A stretch of 56,997 bases of DNA from Candidatus Jorgensenbacteria bacterium GWA1_54_12 (lineage in GTDB: Bacteria; Patescibacteriota; Minisyncoccia; UBA6257; GWB1-50-10), in assembly GCA_001779505.1 (NCBI GenBank), contig MFKH01000006.1, positions 1 through 56,997 of the forward strand. The letters are read 5' to 3'. Every line of letters starts with the position of its first letter. Position 1 is the stretch's first letter. Below, in pieces: positions 27,528-36,723 of this stretch. The notes beneath the pieces are model-generated. The model saw only the letters and a list, made by a program, of their open reading frames with translations, searched no databases and had not been told where the DNA came from. A program made the translations under genes and the position numbers.

Positions 27528-28082
27528 ATGGCAAGTCAGAATCTGAAGGCTAAATTCCGTCGGCGCCTCACAAAGGAGCTTGGCATTGCTCTTGTCGTGC
27601 TTTTGCCGCTTATGGTCGGCTTTGTCGTCTTGCGTGTCGCCGTCGCCAATTCAACCGAAGAGATGATCCAGGCACGGCGGGCATTCACGGAACACACTAA
27701 CATCATAAACCGTCTCATCACGCTTCGCTCGCAGTACGACGCGTTCGGCAAAACGTACTTCAACGTTTTGCACAATGTCATTCCGGAGAAGGATGAACTC
27801 ATCAATGTATCACAGGAGTTCCAGGGGGTCGCCGCGGAACACAACCTGCAGTTCGGTTTTTCCTTCCGCGGAGAAGACCCCGCCTCGGCAACAAGCTTGG
27901 GTGCCGTACATTTTTCCATCGCGGTTGCAGGAAGCAACCTTCCGGATATCACCGAATTTATCACAGATATGCAATCGTTCCATTATCTTACCGTGATCGA
28001 GAATCTTCACGTGAGCCGCGCGGAAACCGGCATGGAAGCCGTCATCATCGGAAAGGTATATTATCGCACCCCAGAAAATTAA
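27528..28082 (+). CDS. hypothetical bitopic membrane protein (PilO-like layout: TM + coiled coil + small alpha/beta domain)
   Basis: Single TM IALVVLLPLMVGFVVLRVAV. The PilO resemblance is by architecture only. Confidence 0.45.
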   Translation: MASQNLKAKFRRRLTKELGIALVVLLPLMVGFVVLRVAVANSTEEMIQARRAFTEHTNIINRLITLRSQYDAFGKTYFNVLHNVIPEKDELINVSQEFQGVAAEHNLQFGFSFRGEDPASATSLGAVHFSIAVAGSNLPDITEFITDMQSFHYLTVIENLHVSRAETGMEAVIIGKVYYRTPEN

Positions 28083-28085
28083 ACC

Positions 28086-28295
28086 ATGACGCAGGATAAG
28101 ATAACGGCACAGCAGGTGTTCTTCTATATTTTTGCCGGCATATTCTTTGCCGTGCTCGTGGCATTCATGGTCATAAATTTCATCTTCCTCGTTACCCAGC
28201 TGAATGGCGCGTTCAGTTTTGAACCGCCCATCCTGGAAGGGAATATCAAGACATTTGACAAGGCAAGTTTTGACAAACTACAGTTGACTAGGTAG
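28086..28295 (+). CDS. small membrane protein
   Basis: 69 aa with one TM (VFFYIFAGIFFAVLVAFMVINFIFLV). Starts 3 nt after the preceding stop. Confidence 0.45.
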   Translation: MTQDKITAQQVFFYIFAGIFFAVLVAFMVINFIFLVTQLNGAFSFEPPILEGNIKTFDKASFDKLQLTR

Positions 28296-28298
28296 TAC

Positions 28299-28370
28299 GG
28301 GCACATAGTTCAGTGGTAGAACGCTGTCCTGATAAGACAGAGGTCTCAGGTTCGATTCCTGGTGTGCCCA
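28299..28370 (+). tRNA. tRNA-Ile (anticodon GAT)
   Basis: Acceptor GGGCACA/TGTGCCC, anticodon stem CTGTC/GACAG with loop CTGATAA, T-loop TTCGATT. Confidence 0.85.
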
Positions 28371-28375
28371 CAATT

Positions 28376-29671
28376 ATGAATACAGTAAAAGCGTGGGTTG
28401 TTGCCGTAAGCATGGGATACGGCCACCAACGGACTGCTCACAGCGTGCGCGGGCTCGCACCCGAGAACCGCTTCATTAACGCGAACGACTATCCCGGCAT
28501 TCCGGCACCGGACCGCCGGAAATGGGAAGGGAGCAAAAACTTCTATGAATTCATTTCACGTTTCAAGCGAACGCCTATCATCGGAAACGTCGTGTTCTCG
28601 CTTTTCAACAAACTTCTTAAGATAGCGAGTTTTTATCCGCAACACGATTTGTCGCGCCCCGACGCCAATGTGCGGCACATCGCGAACTTCATTAAAAGAG
28701 GGTGGGGGAAGCATTTTATTGAGACATTAAAAAAACAGCCGCTCCCCATGATTGCCACGTTCTTCGTTCCTGCCCTCATGGCAGAGTTCTACGACTATCC
28801 TGAAAACATCTACTGCATCGTACCGGACGCCGACATTGCCCGCTCGTGGGCGCCTCTTATGCCGCACTCAAGCAGGATACATTACTGCGCTCCGTCGGAG
28901 CGCGTTGTGGAGCGCCTGAAGCAATATGGCATACCCCCGAAGCATGTTTCTCTGACAGGGTACCCTCTGCCGAAAGAGAACATCGGCAAACAGGACGAAA
29001 TTGCACGAAGCGACACGGCGCGCCGCATCGTAAATTTAGACCCGGAAGGAGTGTATCGCCGCGAATACGCATCCCTCATCAAAGAATATCTCGGCACGCT
29101 TCCTAAAAACGCGGGGCGGCCTCTTACCATTATGATTTCAATCGGCGGCGCGGGTGCACAGACCGAAATCGGCATCACGGTGATGCGTTCGCTCAAAGAA
29201 AAACTCCGAGCCGGGGAGGTGCGGCTCTTCCTGGGCGCCGGAATGAAAGAAAGTGTGCGAACGCGCTTTACGAACGAGCTCACGCGGCTGGATATGGGAG
29301 ATTGCAGAGACAATGTGTGCATCGTGACCGGAGATACGCTTGAAACATACTTCAATCGGTTCAATGAGGCACTGCGCGAAATCGATATTTTGTGGACGAA
29401 GCCGAGTGAACTCTCGTTTTACTGTGCTCTGGGCATTCCTATTGTGATTGCACCGCCCATCGGCGCGCAGGAAGACTACAACAAGGAATGGCTCTTGCGC
29501 TTGGGTGCGGGAATGTCGGCGGAAAATCCTTTGCATGTGAATGAATGGCTCTTTGATGCACTGAAAACCGGATGGTTTGCAGAAGCGGCAATGCAAGGAT
29601 TCATTGAAGCGGAGCGGCGCGGTACGTTTAACATAGAAAAATTAGTTTCTCAAAAGATATCCACAGTGTAG
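28376..29671 (+). CDS. GT-B glycosyltransferase, GT28/MGDG-synthase-like
   Basis: N-terminal SMGYGHQRTAH (G.GH...A motif), IGGAGAQ, and C-terminal TKPSELSFYCALGIPIVIAPPIGAQEDYN resembling the UgtP/MGDG synthase C-domain. Trimmed to ATG 28376, 5 nt after the tRNA. Confidence 0.6.
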   Translation: MNTVKAWVVAVSMGYGHQRTAHSVRGLAPENRFINANDYPGIPAPDRRKWEGSKNFYEFISRFKRTPIIGNVVFSLFNKLLKIASFYPQHDLSRPDANVRHIANFIKRGWGKHFIETLKKQPLPMIATFFVPALMAEFYDYPENIYCIVPDADIARSWAPLMPHSSRIHYCAPSERVVERLKQYGIPPKHVSLTGYPLPKENIGKQDEIARSDTARRIVNLDPEGVYRREYASLIKEYLGTLPKNAGRPLTIMISIGGAGAQTEIGITVMRSLKEKLRAGEVRLFLGAGMKESVRTRFTNELTRLDMGDCRDNVCIVTGDTLETYFNRFNEALREIDILWTKPSELSFYCALGIPIVIAPPIGAQEDYNKEWLLRLGAGMSAENPLHVNEWLFDALKTGWFAEAAMQGFIEAERRGTFNIEKLVSQKISTV

Positions 29672-29768
29672 TGTGATGCGTATAGTGTATAATGTATACA
29701 CAGCGCAAACTGATGAGAGTTGTTTTGTATTACAACAACTTTCGCAAAGGTCGGCGAGACAAAAAGTA

Positions 29769-29930
29769 ATGCAACACAAAAACATGGCAGTACGCCGTAA
29801 GAGAGCAAAAGCGAGCAGCGCAAAGAAGCGGACAACAAAGCGGACAACAAAGCGAAGGACGACAGCTCGCAGAACAACACGGAAGACGACAGCGCGGAAA
29901 ACAACCCGCCGTCGCCGCAGCAAGAGATAA
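29769..29930 (+). CDS. small highly basic repeat protein (histone H1-like / nucleoid-associated candidate)
   Basis: MQHKNMAVRRKRAKASSAKK followed by six [KRA][KR]1-2TT units and RRRRSKR. TGTATAAT at 29686-29693 upstream and a terminator downstream. ATG 29784 is an alternative start. Confidence 0.5.
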   Translation: MQHKNMAVRRKRAKASSAKKRTTKRTTKRRTTARRTTRKTTARKTTRRRRSKR

Positions 29931-29944
29931 TGGTGGATATCTCC

Positions 29945-29970
29945 AAAAGCCCCGCCTGAGCGGGGCTTTT
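29945..29970 (+). terminator. intrinsic terminator
   Basis: AGCCCCGC-CTGA-GCGGGGCT followed by TTTT. Confidence 0.7.
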
Positions 29971-30005
29971 CGTTATCCAAAAACTGGTTTAAACTTCACG
30001 GTGAC

Positions 30006-30076
30006 GGGCCGTTAGCATAGTGGCAGTGCACCCGGTTTGCATCCGGGAGGCGCGAGTCCGATTCTCGCACGGTCCA
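30006..30076 (+). tRNA. tRNA-Cys (anticodon GCA)
   Basis: Acceptor GGGCCGT/ACGGTCC (one G-U pair), anticodon stem CCCGG/CCGGG with loop TTTGCAT, T-arm GCGAG-TCCGATT-CTCGC. Confidence 0.8.
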
Positions 30077-30117
30077 CCCGATTGCTCCGCATGGGCCCCT
30101 TTTGCTACAATGAAGGC

Positions 30118-30435
30118 ATGCTTGGAACAGGATATGCGGCGGTCATGATTGCCGGCTTCGGCGGCGGAGTCGTGAGGGGGCTCACCGGCTTCATAAAGCA
30201 CCAATTCTCTTACAAGAACGTTGGGTTCAATCTTCCGTACTTCATCGCAACGATGAGCATCTCCGGCGTCGTCGGACTTCTCACGGCGGTTGCCGTCAAG
30301 GAACTCGGCACGGGATTTCTGGGCATTGAGTCGGTAAGCCCTGCGCTTGCGCTCATTGTGGGTTATGCCGGAGGAGATTTTTTGGAAAACATGTACAAGA
30401 TTATCACAAAGCGCGCTTCCCTCTATGCCGAGTAA
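30118..30435 (+). CDS. small multi-pass membrane protein
   Basis: Gly-rich hydrophobic segments (AAVMIAGFGGGVV, MSISGVVGLLTAVAV, ALALIVGYAGG). The start is uncertain (ATG 30091 or 30118). Overlaps the murA start by 11 nt. Confidence 0.5.
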   Translation: MLGTGYAAVMIAGFGGGVVRGLTGFIKHQFSYKNVGFNLPYFIATMSISGVVGLLTAVAVKELGTGFLGIESVSPALALIVGYAGGDFLENMYKIITKRASLYAE

Positions 30436-31747
30436 AGAAGCGCTGAACTTCGCCATACAGGGGGGAAAGAAGCTCTCCGGGGAAATAACGGTGAACACGG
30501 CAAAGAACTCTGCCGTTTCTCTTTTGTGCGCGTCGCTCCTGAACGAAGGGCACACGACCCTAAAACGCATGCCGCGAATAGAGGAAGTGTTTCGCATCAT
30601 TGAGGTTTTGGAGAGCATCGGCGTTCAGGCCGTTTGGTCGGGTGAGCACGAAGTGCGCATCACGCCGCCCGAAACGTTCGCGCTGAAAGACATAAACCAG
30701 GACGCCGCAATGAAAACGCGGAGCGTTATCATGCTCGTGGGGGCGCTCGTTCATCGCGCCCAGAGCTTCAGCATTCCGCAAGCAGGCGGCTGCAAGCTGG
30801 GAAGCCGCACCGTCCGTCCGCACTTCTTTGCGCTCCAGGAGTTCGGCGTTTCAATAAAAACGCGCGAGGGGGCATATGACATTGAAACGCGCAATCTGAA
30901 ACCGGCGGAGAAAGTCGTGCTCTATGAGTCGGGGGACACCGTGACGGAAAATGCCATCATGGCCGCCGCGCGCATAACGGGAAAAACAACGATAAAACTT
31001 GCTTCGGCAAACTATCAGATACAAGACCTGTGCTATTTTCTGAAACGGCTCGGCGTAAAAATTGAAGGCGTCGGGACAACAACTCTGGTCATAGAGGGCA
31101 GGGAAAGCATACGCGAAGACGTTTCTTTTAGTATGAGCGAAGACCCCATTGAAGCAATGCTTTTCCTCTCCATTGCCGCTACCACAAACTCGCGCATCAC
31201 GATAAAGGGTGCGCCGATAGAATTCTTGGAACTTGAACTTTTGAAACTCCAAAAGATGGGATTCAAATACTCCCTGACAAAAGCGTACAAGTCCGAAAAC
31301 GGCTTCACCGACCTCGTAGACATAAAAACCAGGCCATCGAGCCTCACGGCATTGGAAGAAAAAATCTACGCCCGTCCGTTCCCGGGATTGAATATTGATA
31401 ATCTGCCATTTTTTGTCCCCATCGCAACGCAGGCAAAGGGGCAAACGCTTATTCACGACTGGGTATACGAAAACCGCGCCATCTACTACACCGAACTCAT
31501 AAAGCTCGGTGCGAATATCGTTCTCGCCGACCCGCACCGTGTTATCGTGACGGGTCCCACGCCGCTTCGTCCGGCCGAAGTCATTTGTCCGCCGGCACTC
31601 CGGCCCGCGGCCATCATCCTCATTGCCATGCTTGCCGCCCCCGGTGAATCAATTCTCCGGAATGTCTATTCTATTAATAGGGGATACGAAGACCTTGTCA
31701 CGCGCCTTGGCGCGCTGGGAGCTCACATAGAGGTTCTTAAGGGGTAA
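30425..31747 (+). CDS. murA: UDP-N-acetylglucosamine 1-carboxyvinyltransferase
   Basis: IQGGKKLSGEITVNTAKNSAVSLLCASLL, active-site loop AGGCKLGSRTVRPH, C-terminal RGYEDLVTRLGALGA. Trimmed to ATG 30425. Confidence 0.9.
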   Translation: MPSKEALNFAIQGGKKLSGEITVNTAKNSAVSLLCASLLNEGHTTLKRMPRIEEVFRIIEVLESIGVQAVWSGEHEVRITPPETFALKDINQDAAMKTRSVIMLVGALVHRAQSFSIPQAGGCKLGSRTVRPHFFALQEFGVSIKTREGAYDIETRNLKPAEKVVLYESGDTVTENAIMAAARITGKTTIKLASANYQIQDLCYFLKRLGVKIEGVGTTTLVIEGRESIREDVSFSMSEDPIEAMLFLSIAATTNSRITIKGAPIEFLELELLKLQKMGFKYSLTKAYKSENGFTDLVDIKTRPSSLTALEEKIYARPFPGLNIDNLPFFVPIATQAKGQTLIHDWVYENRAIYYTELIKLGANIVLADPHRVIVTGPTPLRPAEVICPPALRPAAIILIAMLAAPGESILRNVYSINRGYEDLVTRLGALGAHIEVLKG

Positions 31748-31756
31748 CGACGGCAC

Positions 31757-32392
31757 ATGGATAAAGACGAGCTGATTGCGAAACTCAAGCGGATGGGGTA
31801 TCTGAAAACGCCCGCCGTCGTAAGCGCGTTTCAGCGCGTTCCCCGCGCCGACTTTGTGCCTGAAGAATTCAAAGACCGCGCGTACGAAGATGAGCCGCTT
31901 CCCATAGGAGAAGAGCAAACCATTTCCCAGCCCCTGACCGTTGCTTTCATGCTTGAGCTTTTGGTTCCGAAAGCGGGGCAAACCATTCTTGACGTCGGGG
32001 CGGGAAGCGGATGGCAGGCGGCACTTCTCGCCGACATTGTGGGGCAAGCCGCCAAGAAAAAAGGAAAGGTTTTTACAATTGAGCGCATACCGCTCCTCGT
32101 AAAAATGGCGCGGAAAAATCTTGCTTCGTATATCAAGAAGGGAATTGTGGAAATTCTTGAGGGAGACGGGAGCGCGGGGGACAAAAAGCATGCTCCCTTT
32201 GACGGTATCATCGCGGCGGCGACGGCGGGTGTCTTGCCTCCGGCGTGGAAAGAACAGATAAAGCCAGGTGGAGTGATCGTCGCACCGGTCGGGCAAAGTA
32301 TCGTAAAGCTCACGAAGCGCAAGGATGGGACCTTCATCCGCGAAGACCACCCCGGCTTCTCGTTTGTCCCCCTCATATCGGAAGAGAAGTGA
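31757..32392 (+). CDS. pcm: protein-L-isoaspartate O-methyltransferase
   Basis: TISQPLTVAFMLELL, ILDVGAGSGWQAALLA, PLxxQLKPGG-like EQIKPGGVIVAPVG. Confidence 0.88.
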   Translation: MDKDELIAKLKRMGYLKTPAVVSAFQRVPRADFVPEEFKDRAYEDEPLPIGEEQTISQPLTVAFMLELLVPKAGQTILDVGAGSGWQAALLADIVGQAAKKKGKVFTIERIPLLVKMARKNLASYIKKGIVEILEGDGSAGDKKHAPFDGIIAAATAGVLPPAWKEQIKPGGVIVAPVGQSIVKLTKRKDGTFIREDHPGFSFVPLISEEK

Positions 32393-33078
32393 TGTACACC
32401 GTACGCGAGAGCGCTTTTGAGGGTCCTTTAGATAAGCTTCTGGAGCTTATTAAAAAACGGGAACTGGAGATAACCCGCGTGAGCTTGGCTGCCGTCACGA
32501 ACGATTTCTTAAAGTACGTCACTCGCGACGGCATAAGTCACGAGGAGTATGCCGAGTTTTTGAACATCGCCTCAAAACTCATCCTCTTGAAATCACAGGA
32601 ACTTCTGCCAACTCTCGCCCTGACCGAGGAAGAGGAGGAGGACGTGAAAGCGCTTGAGGAACAGTTGCGGCTTCACGCATATCTTACCGAACGCAAAGAA
32701 GAACTTCTCTCACTGTGGCGCGAGGCGCCTGCCTCGGCGGTGAGAGAATTCATGCAAGACCTGCGTTACCCCTTTACGCCGCCTCGCATAACAGTTCAAG
32801 ACCTTGCGGAATGCGCCGCGCGGCTTGCGGCAGAACTTATCACGGAAACCGCCCCTATACCGGAGAAGAAAATAAGAATCTCTCTTGAAAACATTATGGC
32901 TCGGCTTTTAGAGCGTCTCACCAAAATTCCCGCAAATATTCTCGCCAGAGCCGTTTCGCGCGAGGAACGAATTGCGCTGTTTCTCGCCATTCTCCACCTT
33001 TCGCGGAACGCCGCAATTTCCGTGCACCAAGCCGAGCGTTTCGGTGAAATCCTCGTTGCCAAATCATCCGAAACCTAA
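32392..33078 (+). CDS. scpA: segregation and condensation protein A
   Basis: FEGPLDKLLELIKKRELEITRVSLAAVTNDFL is the canonical ScpA N-terminus. The ATG overlaps the pcm stop (TGATG). Confidence 0.85.
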   Translation: MYTVRESAFEGPLDKLLELIKKRELEITRVSLAAVTNDFLKYVTRDGISHEEYAEFLNIASKLILLKSQELLPTLALTEEEEEDVKALEEQLRLHAYLTERKEELLSLWREAPASAVREFMQDLRYPFTPPRITVQDLAECAARLAAELITETAPIPEKKIRISLENIMARLLERLTKIPANILARAVSREERIALFLAILHLSRNAAISVHQAERFGEILVAKSSET

Positions 33079-33090
33079 TACGATAAGCTC

Positions 33091-33609
33091 ATGAACCGCC
33101 TCGCCAGCCTTGAAGCGCTCCTCTTCCAATATGGAGAACCCATCGCCCTGAAGGATGTTTCCCGCATTCTGAAGTCAGATGAAAAAGCATGCGAAGAACT
33201 CATTGCCGCGTACGGAGATGCCCTCCAAAAAGAGGATCGAGGACTCGCACTCATAAAAGCGGGGAATACCTATCAACTTGCGACAAAGGGTGAAACGTCG
33301 GTTGTAACCCAGGAACTCGTGAAAGATGCGTTTAAAGAAGAGCCCACGCCGGCAGTCGTTGAGGTAACAACCCTCGTCGCGTATATCGGGCCGGCACCAA
33401 AAAGCTCAATAGACGCTGTGCGGGGTGTTAACTCCACGCTCGCCTTGCGTAACGCGCTGATGCGCGGCTTCATTGACCGCGAGAAACACAAAAACGCATA
33501 CCATTATTTCGTAACAACCGACTTTCTCCGCCATCTCGGCGTGAAAGATATAGCCGAGCTCCCGGATTACGAAAAACATCGGAAAGAGCTTTTAACCCTT
33601 AATTCTTAA
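33091..33609 (+). CDS. scpB: segregation and condensation protein B
   Basis: LEALLFQYGEPIALKDV..., two winged-helix-like halves, adjacent to scpA. Confidence 0.85.
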   Translation: MNRLASLEALLFQYGEPIALKDVSRILKSDEKACEELIAAYGDALQKEDRGLALIKAGNTYQLATKGETSVVTQELVKDAFKEEPTPAVVEVTTLVAYIGPAPKSSIDAVRGVNSTLALRNALMRGFIDREKHKNAYHYFVTTDFLRHLGVKDIAELPDYEKHRKELLTLNS

Positions 33610-33612
33610 AAT

Positions 33613-34557
33613 ATGTTTCCCCGCTCACAAGCGTTTCTCTTCGCAGGAGTGCTCCTTATATCGCTTCTTTTGACGCGGGGTGGGGGCACCTCGCCCAAAG
33701 AAATCGCCGTTTCCCGGAACTCGCTCCCTTCAGGCGGCGGGTTCTTTTCACTCCAGCAGGCATCAATCCGCGAGATAGCGGTAGATGTCCCTCGCGTACC
33801 TGCGCGCAGGTGGGATGTGCCCGACCCGGCCATCTCCGCGCGGGCCGCGCTCGTTTACTCTCTGGACGACAGAATTCCGCTTTTTTACAAAAATACGAAA
33901 GAGGCGTTCACGCTCGCTTCGCTCACAAAACTCGTGACCGCAATTGCGGTCGCCGAAGACATCGGGCTTGATAAAAACATACCCATAACCCAGGAAATCA
34001 TCGCGACAGAAGGGGAGGCAGGGAACCTCGTAAGCGGCGAAGTGTACGCCGCACGGGATCTTCTTGCCATTATGCTTCTTGCTTCTTCAAACGATGCGGC
34101 AGCCGCATTTGAAGCGTACTATGGCGGCACGGGCAAGTTTGCCGAACTTTTGAACCGAAAGGTTTCAGAACAGGAACTTGCAAGCACCGTTCTCTATGAC
34201 GGCTCGGGATTGAACGATTCAAACAAAAGCACGGCATATGACATGTTTTCGCTCATACTCTATATTCTTGAGCATCATCCCGACTTCTTTCAGCTGACGC
34301 AAAACCTGCAGCTGAATATTCAGCCCGTAAACGACCCTCAAACGAAAACGGTATACAATATAAACAGCTTAGCCGGCGACCCGATATTCCTTGGAGGCAA
34401 AACGGGAACATCGCCGGAGGCAGGTGAAAATTTGGTTGCGCTTCTCCGGCACGGCGACCGGCGCATCGTCACCATTCTTTTCGGTTCCAAAAACAGGGCG
34501 AAGGATGCACATGCCGTTCTTGATTGGATTGAAGAAGCATATGAATTTCAAAATTAA
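33613..34557 (+). CDS. D-alanyl-D-alanine carboxypeptidase (S11, PBP5-like)
   Basis: SxxK as ASLTKLV, SxN as SSND, KTG as GKTGTS. N-terminal anchor. Confidence 0.85.
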   Translation: MFPRSQAFLFAGVLLISLLLTRGGGTSPKEIAVSRNSLPSGGGFFSLQQASIREIAVDVPRVPARRWDVPDPAISARAALVYSLDDRIPLFYKNTKEAFTLASLTKLVTAIAVAEDIGLDKNIPITQEIIATEGEAGNLVSGEVYAARDLLAIMLLASSNDAAAAFEAYYGGTGKFAELLNRKVSEQELASTVLYDGSGLNDSNKSTAYDMFSLILYILEHHPDFFQLTQNLQLNIQPVNDPQTKTVYNINSLAGDPIFLGGKTGTSPEAGENLVALLRHGDRRIVTILFGSKNRAKDAHAVLDWIEEAYEFQN

Positions 34558-34568
34558 AAGCTAACTCT

Positions 34569-35615
34569 ATGGTCTTGTTTGAAGCAGTACGCATACTCAT
34601 CATGTTCGCGCTCGCATTCGTGGCGGCGCTTTTTGCAACACCCCTTGTCACGCATTTCCTCGAAAAATACAACGTCAAGAAGCGCAATATCAGAAGCGCC
34701 GAAGAAGCGCCGATTTTTCACGAGTTGCACAAGGGTAAATCATCCACGCCCACAATGGGCGGCATTATCATTTGGTCGGCGGTTCTCGCGCTCGCGCTTT
34801 TGTTTTTTGTCCTCTCGCGCCTTGTTGACGGCTTCTTTAACTACCTGAATTTCGTAAGCCGCGCCGAAACGTATCTTCCTATCGCGGCGCTCTTTTTTGC
34901 CGCGGTTGTGGGATTCGTGGACGATCTTTTCGGCATACGCGGAAAAGGACCGAAAGGCGGCGGGCTCTCCGTAAAACATAAACTCCTTTTGTATACCGTG
35001 GTTGCCTTGGTCGGCGCCTGGTGGTTTTACGCAAAGCTCGGGTTCACAACACTCTACATACCTTTCATCGGCTACGCTGACATTGGCCTGTGGTATATTC
35101 CGTTTTTCATATTTGTCATCGTCGCAACGGCATTCTCAACGAACGAAACAGACGGTTTGGACGGACTTGCCGGGGGAGTGCTTATTTTCCCCTTCGGCGC
35201 GCTTGCCGTTGTCGCGTTTACCCTGGAGCGTTACGACCTTGCGACGTTCATCGCCGCGATTTTGGGAGCGCTCCTCGCATTTCTCTGGTTCAACATCCAT
35301 CCCGCCCGGTTCTTTATGGGAGATACGGGTTCCATGGCGCTTGGTGTCACCTTGGGCGTCATTGCAATGCTCACGAACACCGCGCTCTTTCTCCCGTTTT
35401 TTGCGTTCATCCTCATCTTGGAATCGTCGTCCGTCATCATACAGGTCATAAGCAAAAAGGTGCGGAAACGAAAAGTGTTCCGTTCCACCCCCATTCATCA
35501 CCATTTTGAAGCGCTCGGCTGGCCGGAAACGCAAATTACCATGCGCTTCTGGATTATTTCCGCAGTGACGACCATTATCGGATTAGTCTTATTTTTCCTT
35601 GCACACTTCGCGTAA
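34569..35615 (+). CDS. mraY: phospho-N-acetylmuramoyl-pentapeptide transferase
   Basis: TPTMGG, NETDGLDGLAGG, MGDTGSMALG, HHHFE. Confidence 0.93.
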   Translation: MVLFEAVRILIMFALAFVAALFATPLVTHFLEKYNVKKRNIRSAEEAPIFHELHKGKSSTPTMGGIIIWSAVLALALLFFVLSRLVDGFFNYLNFVSRAETYLPIAALFFAAVVGFVDDLFGIRGKGPKGGGLSVKHKLLLYTVVALVGAWWFYAKLGFTTLYIPFIGYADIGLWYIPFFIFVIVATAFSTNETDGLDGLAGGVLIFPFGALAVVAFTLERYDLATFIAAILGALLAFLWFNIHPARFFMGDTGSMALGVTLGVIAMLTNTALFLPFFAFILILESSSVIIQVISKKVRKRKVFRSTPIHHHFEALGWPETQITMRFWIISAVTTIIGLVLFFLAHFA

Positions 35616-36723
35616 AAAAATACCTCGCGCACGCACCGCCCCCGATTACGTTTTTATCGCTATCGTGGGACTTTTGACCATCTTCGGCTTGGTCATTCTC
35701 GCGAGTGCCTCGTCTGATTTGGCAAAAACACGGTTCGGCGACAGTTATTATTATCTCACTCACCAGCTCCTCTATGGGCTTTCGTTCGGCATTGCCGGGT
35801 TTGTCGCCGGCTCTCTCATCTACCACGGACGGCTGGAACGGCTGGCAATGATTCTTTTGGCGCTGAACGTCGTCGCGCTTATTCTTGTTTTCACGCCTCT
35901 TGGGTTCGGGGCGAAAGGCGCTTCGCGATGGCTCTCGCTGGGCGGCGCATCCATCCAGCCGGGAGAATTCGCAAAGCTTACGTTTATTGTATACCTCGCC
36001 GCATGGATAAGCAGGAAAAGCGCTTCGCGCACCAAAAGCGTCGCCGAGGGGCTTATTCCGTTTCTTCTCATGACCGGCGTAACGCTTTTTCTCATCCTTA
36101 TCCAGCCGGCAATGACGACCGCGCTCATTTTGGGCGTCGCGGCCGTCGCAACATATTTCGCTTCTGGTGCACGCATAAGTTTTATCGCCATCATCCTTCT
36201 CGCGGGAATTCTCGGAGCGACCCTCCTTGTCTACCTCGCGCCGTACCGTTTTGAACGCGTCCTGTCATTTTTCAATCCCGAACGCGACGTTTTGGGCGAA
36301 TCGTACCATCAAAATCAGGCACTCATCGCCATGGGTTCCGGCGGAGCAACGGGCGTCGGGTACGGCAAATCAACGACAAAGCTCAACTATCTCCCCGAGC
36401 CGATAGGGGATTCCATCTTCGCCGTCATCGGAGAGGAACTTGGCTTCGTCGGGACGACGGTTGTTATCCTATGCTTTGGCGTTCTCGTCTGGCGCGGCTT
36501 TGTCATCGCGCACCATGCCGCTTACACGTTCGGCAAAGCACTCACCATCGGTTTCACAACAATCATCGGGCTCCAGGCATTCATTAATATGGCGGCAATT
36601 TCAGGGCTCATTCCTTTGACGGGCGTGCCCTTGCCCTTCGTGAGCTACGGCGGCACGGCGCTTGCAACATTCCTCACCATGAGCGGCATCATTGTAAACG
36701 TATCGCGATATCGAAATGGCTAA
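35599..36723 (+). CDS. ftsW: SEDS-family peptidoglycan polymerase FtsW/RodA
   Basis: 10-TM profile, SIQPGEFAKL, PEPIGDSIFAVIGEELGF, PLPFVSYGG. Confidence 0.88.
   Translation: MHTSRKKIPRARTAPDYVFIAIVGLLTIFGLVILASASSDLAKTRFGDSYYYLTHQLLYGLSFGIAGFVAGSLIYHGRLERLAMILLALNVVALILVFTPLGFGAKGASRWLSLGGASIQPGEFAKLTFIVYLAAWISRKSASRTKSVAEGLIPFLLMTGVTLFLILIQPAMTTALILGVAAVATYFASGARISFIAIILLAGILGATLLVYLAPYRFERVLSFFNPERDVLGESYHQNQALIAMGSGGATGVGYGKSTTKLNYLPEPIGDSIFAVIGEELGFVGTTVVILCFGVLVWRGFVIAHHAAYTFGKALTIGFTTIIGLQAFINMAAISGLIPLTGVPLPFVSYGGTALATFLTMSGIIVNVSRYRNG

Noticed and set aside
29642-29980. Two ~100-aa minus-strand ORFs (VVFR/LLSA repeats) antisense to the basic repeat gene
   Set aside because: Their repeat-driven, low-complexity translations are mirror artefacts of the K/R-T-T repeat. 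The promoter and terminator orientation fit the plus-strand gene.
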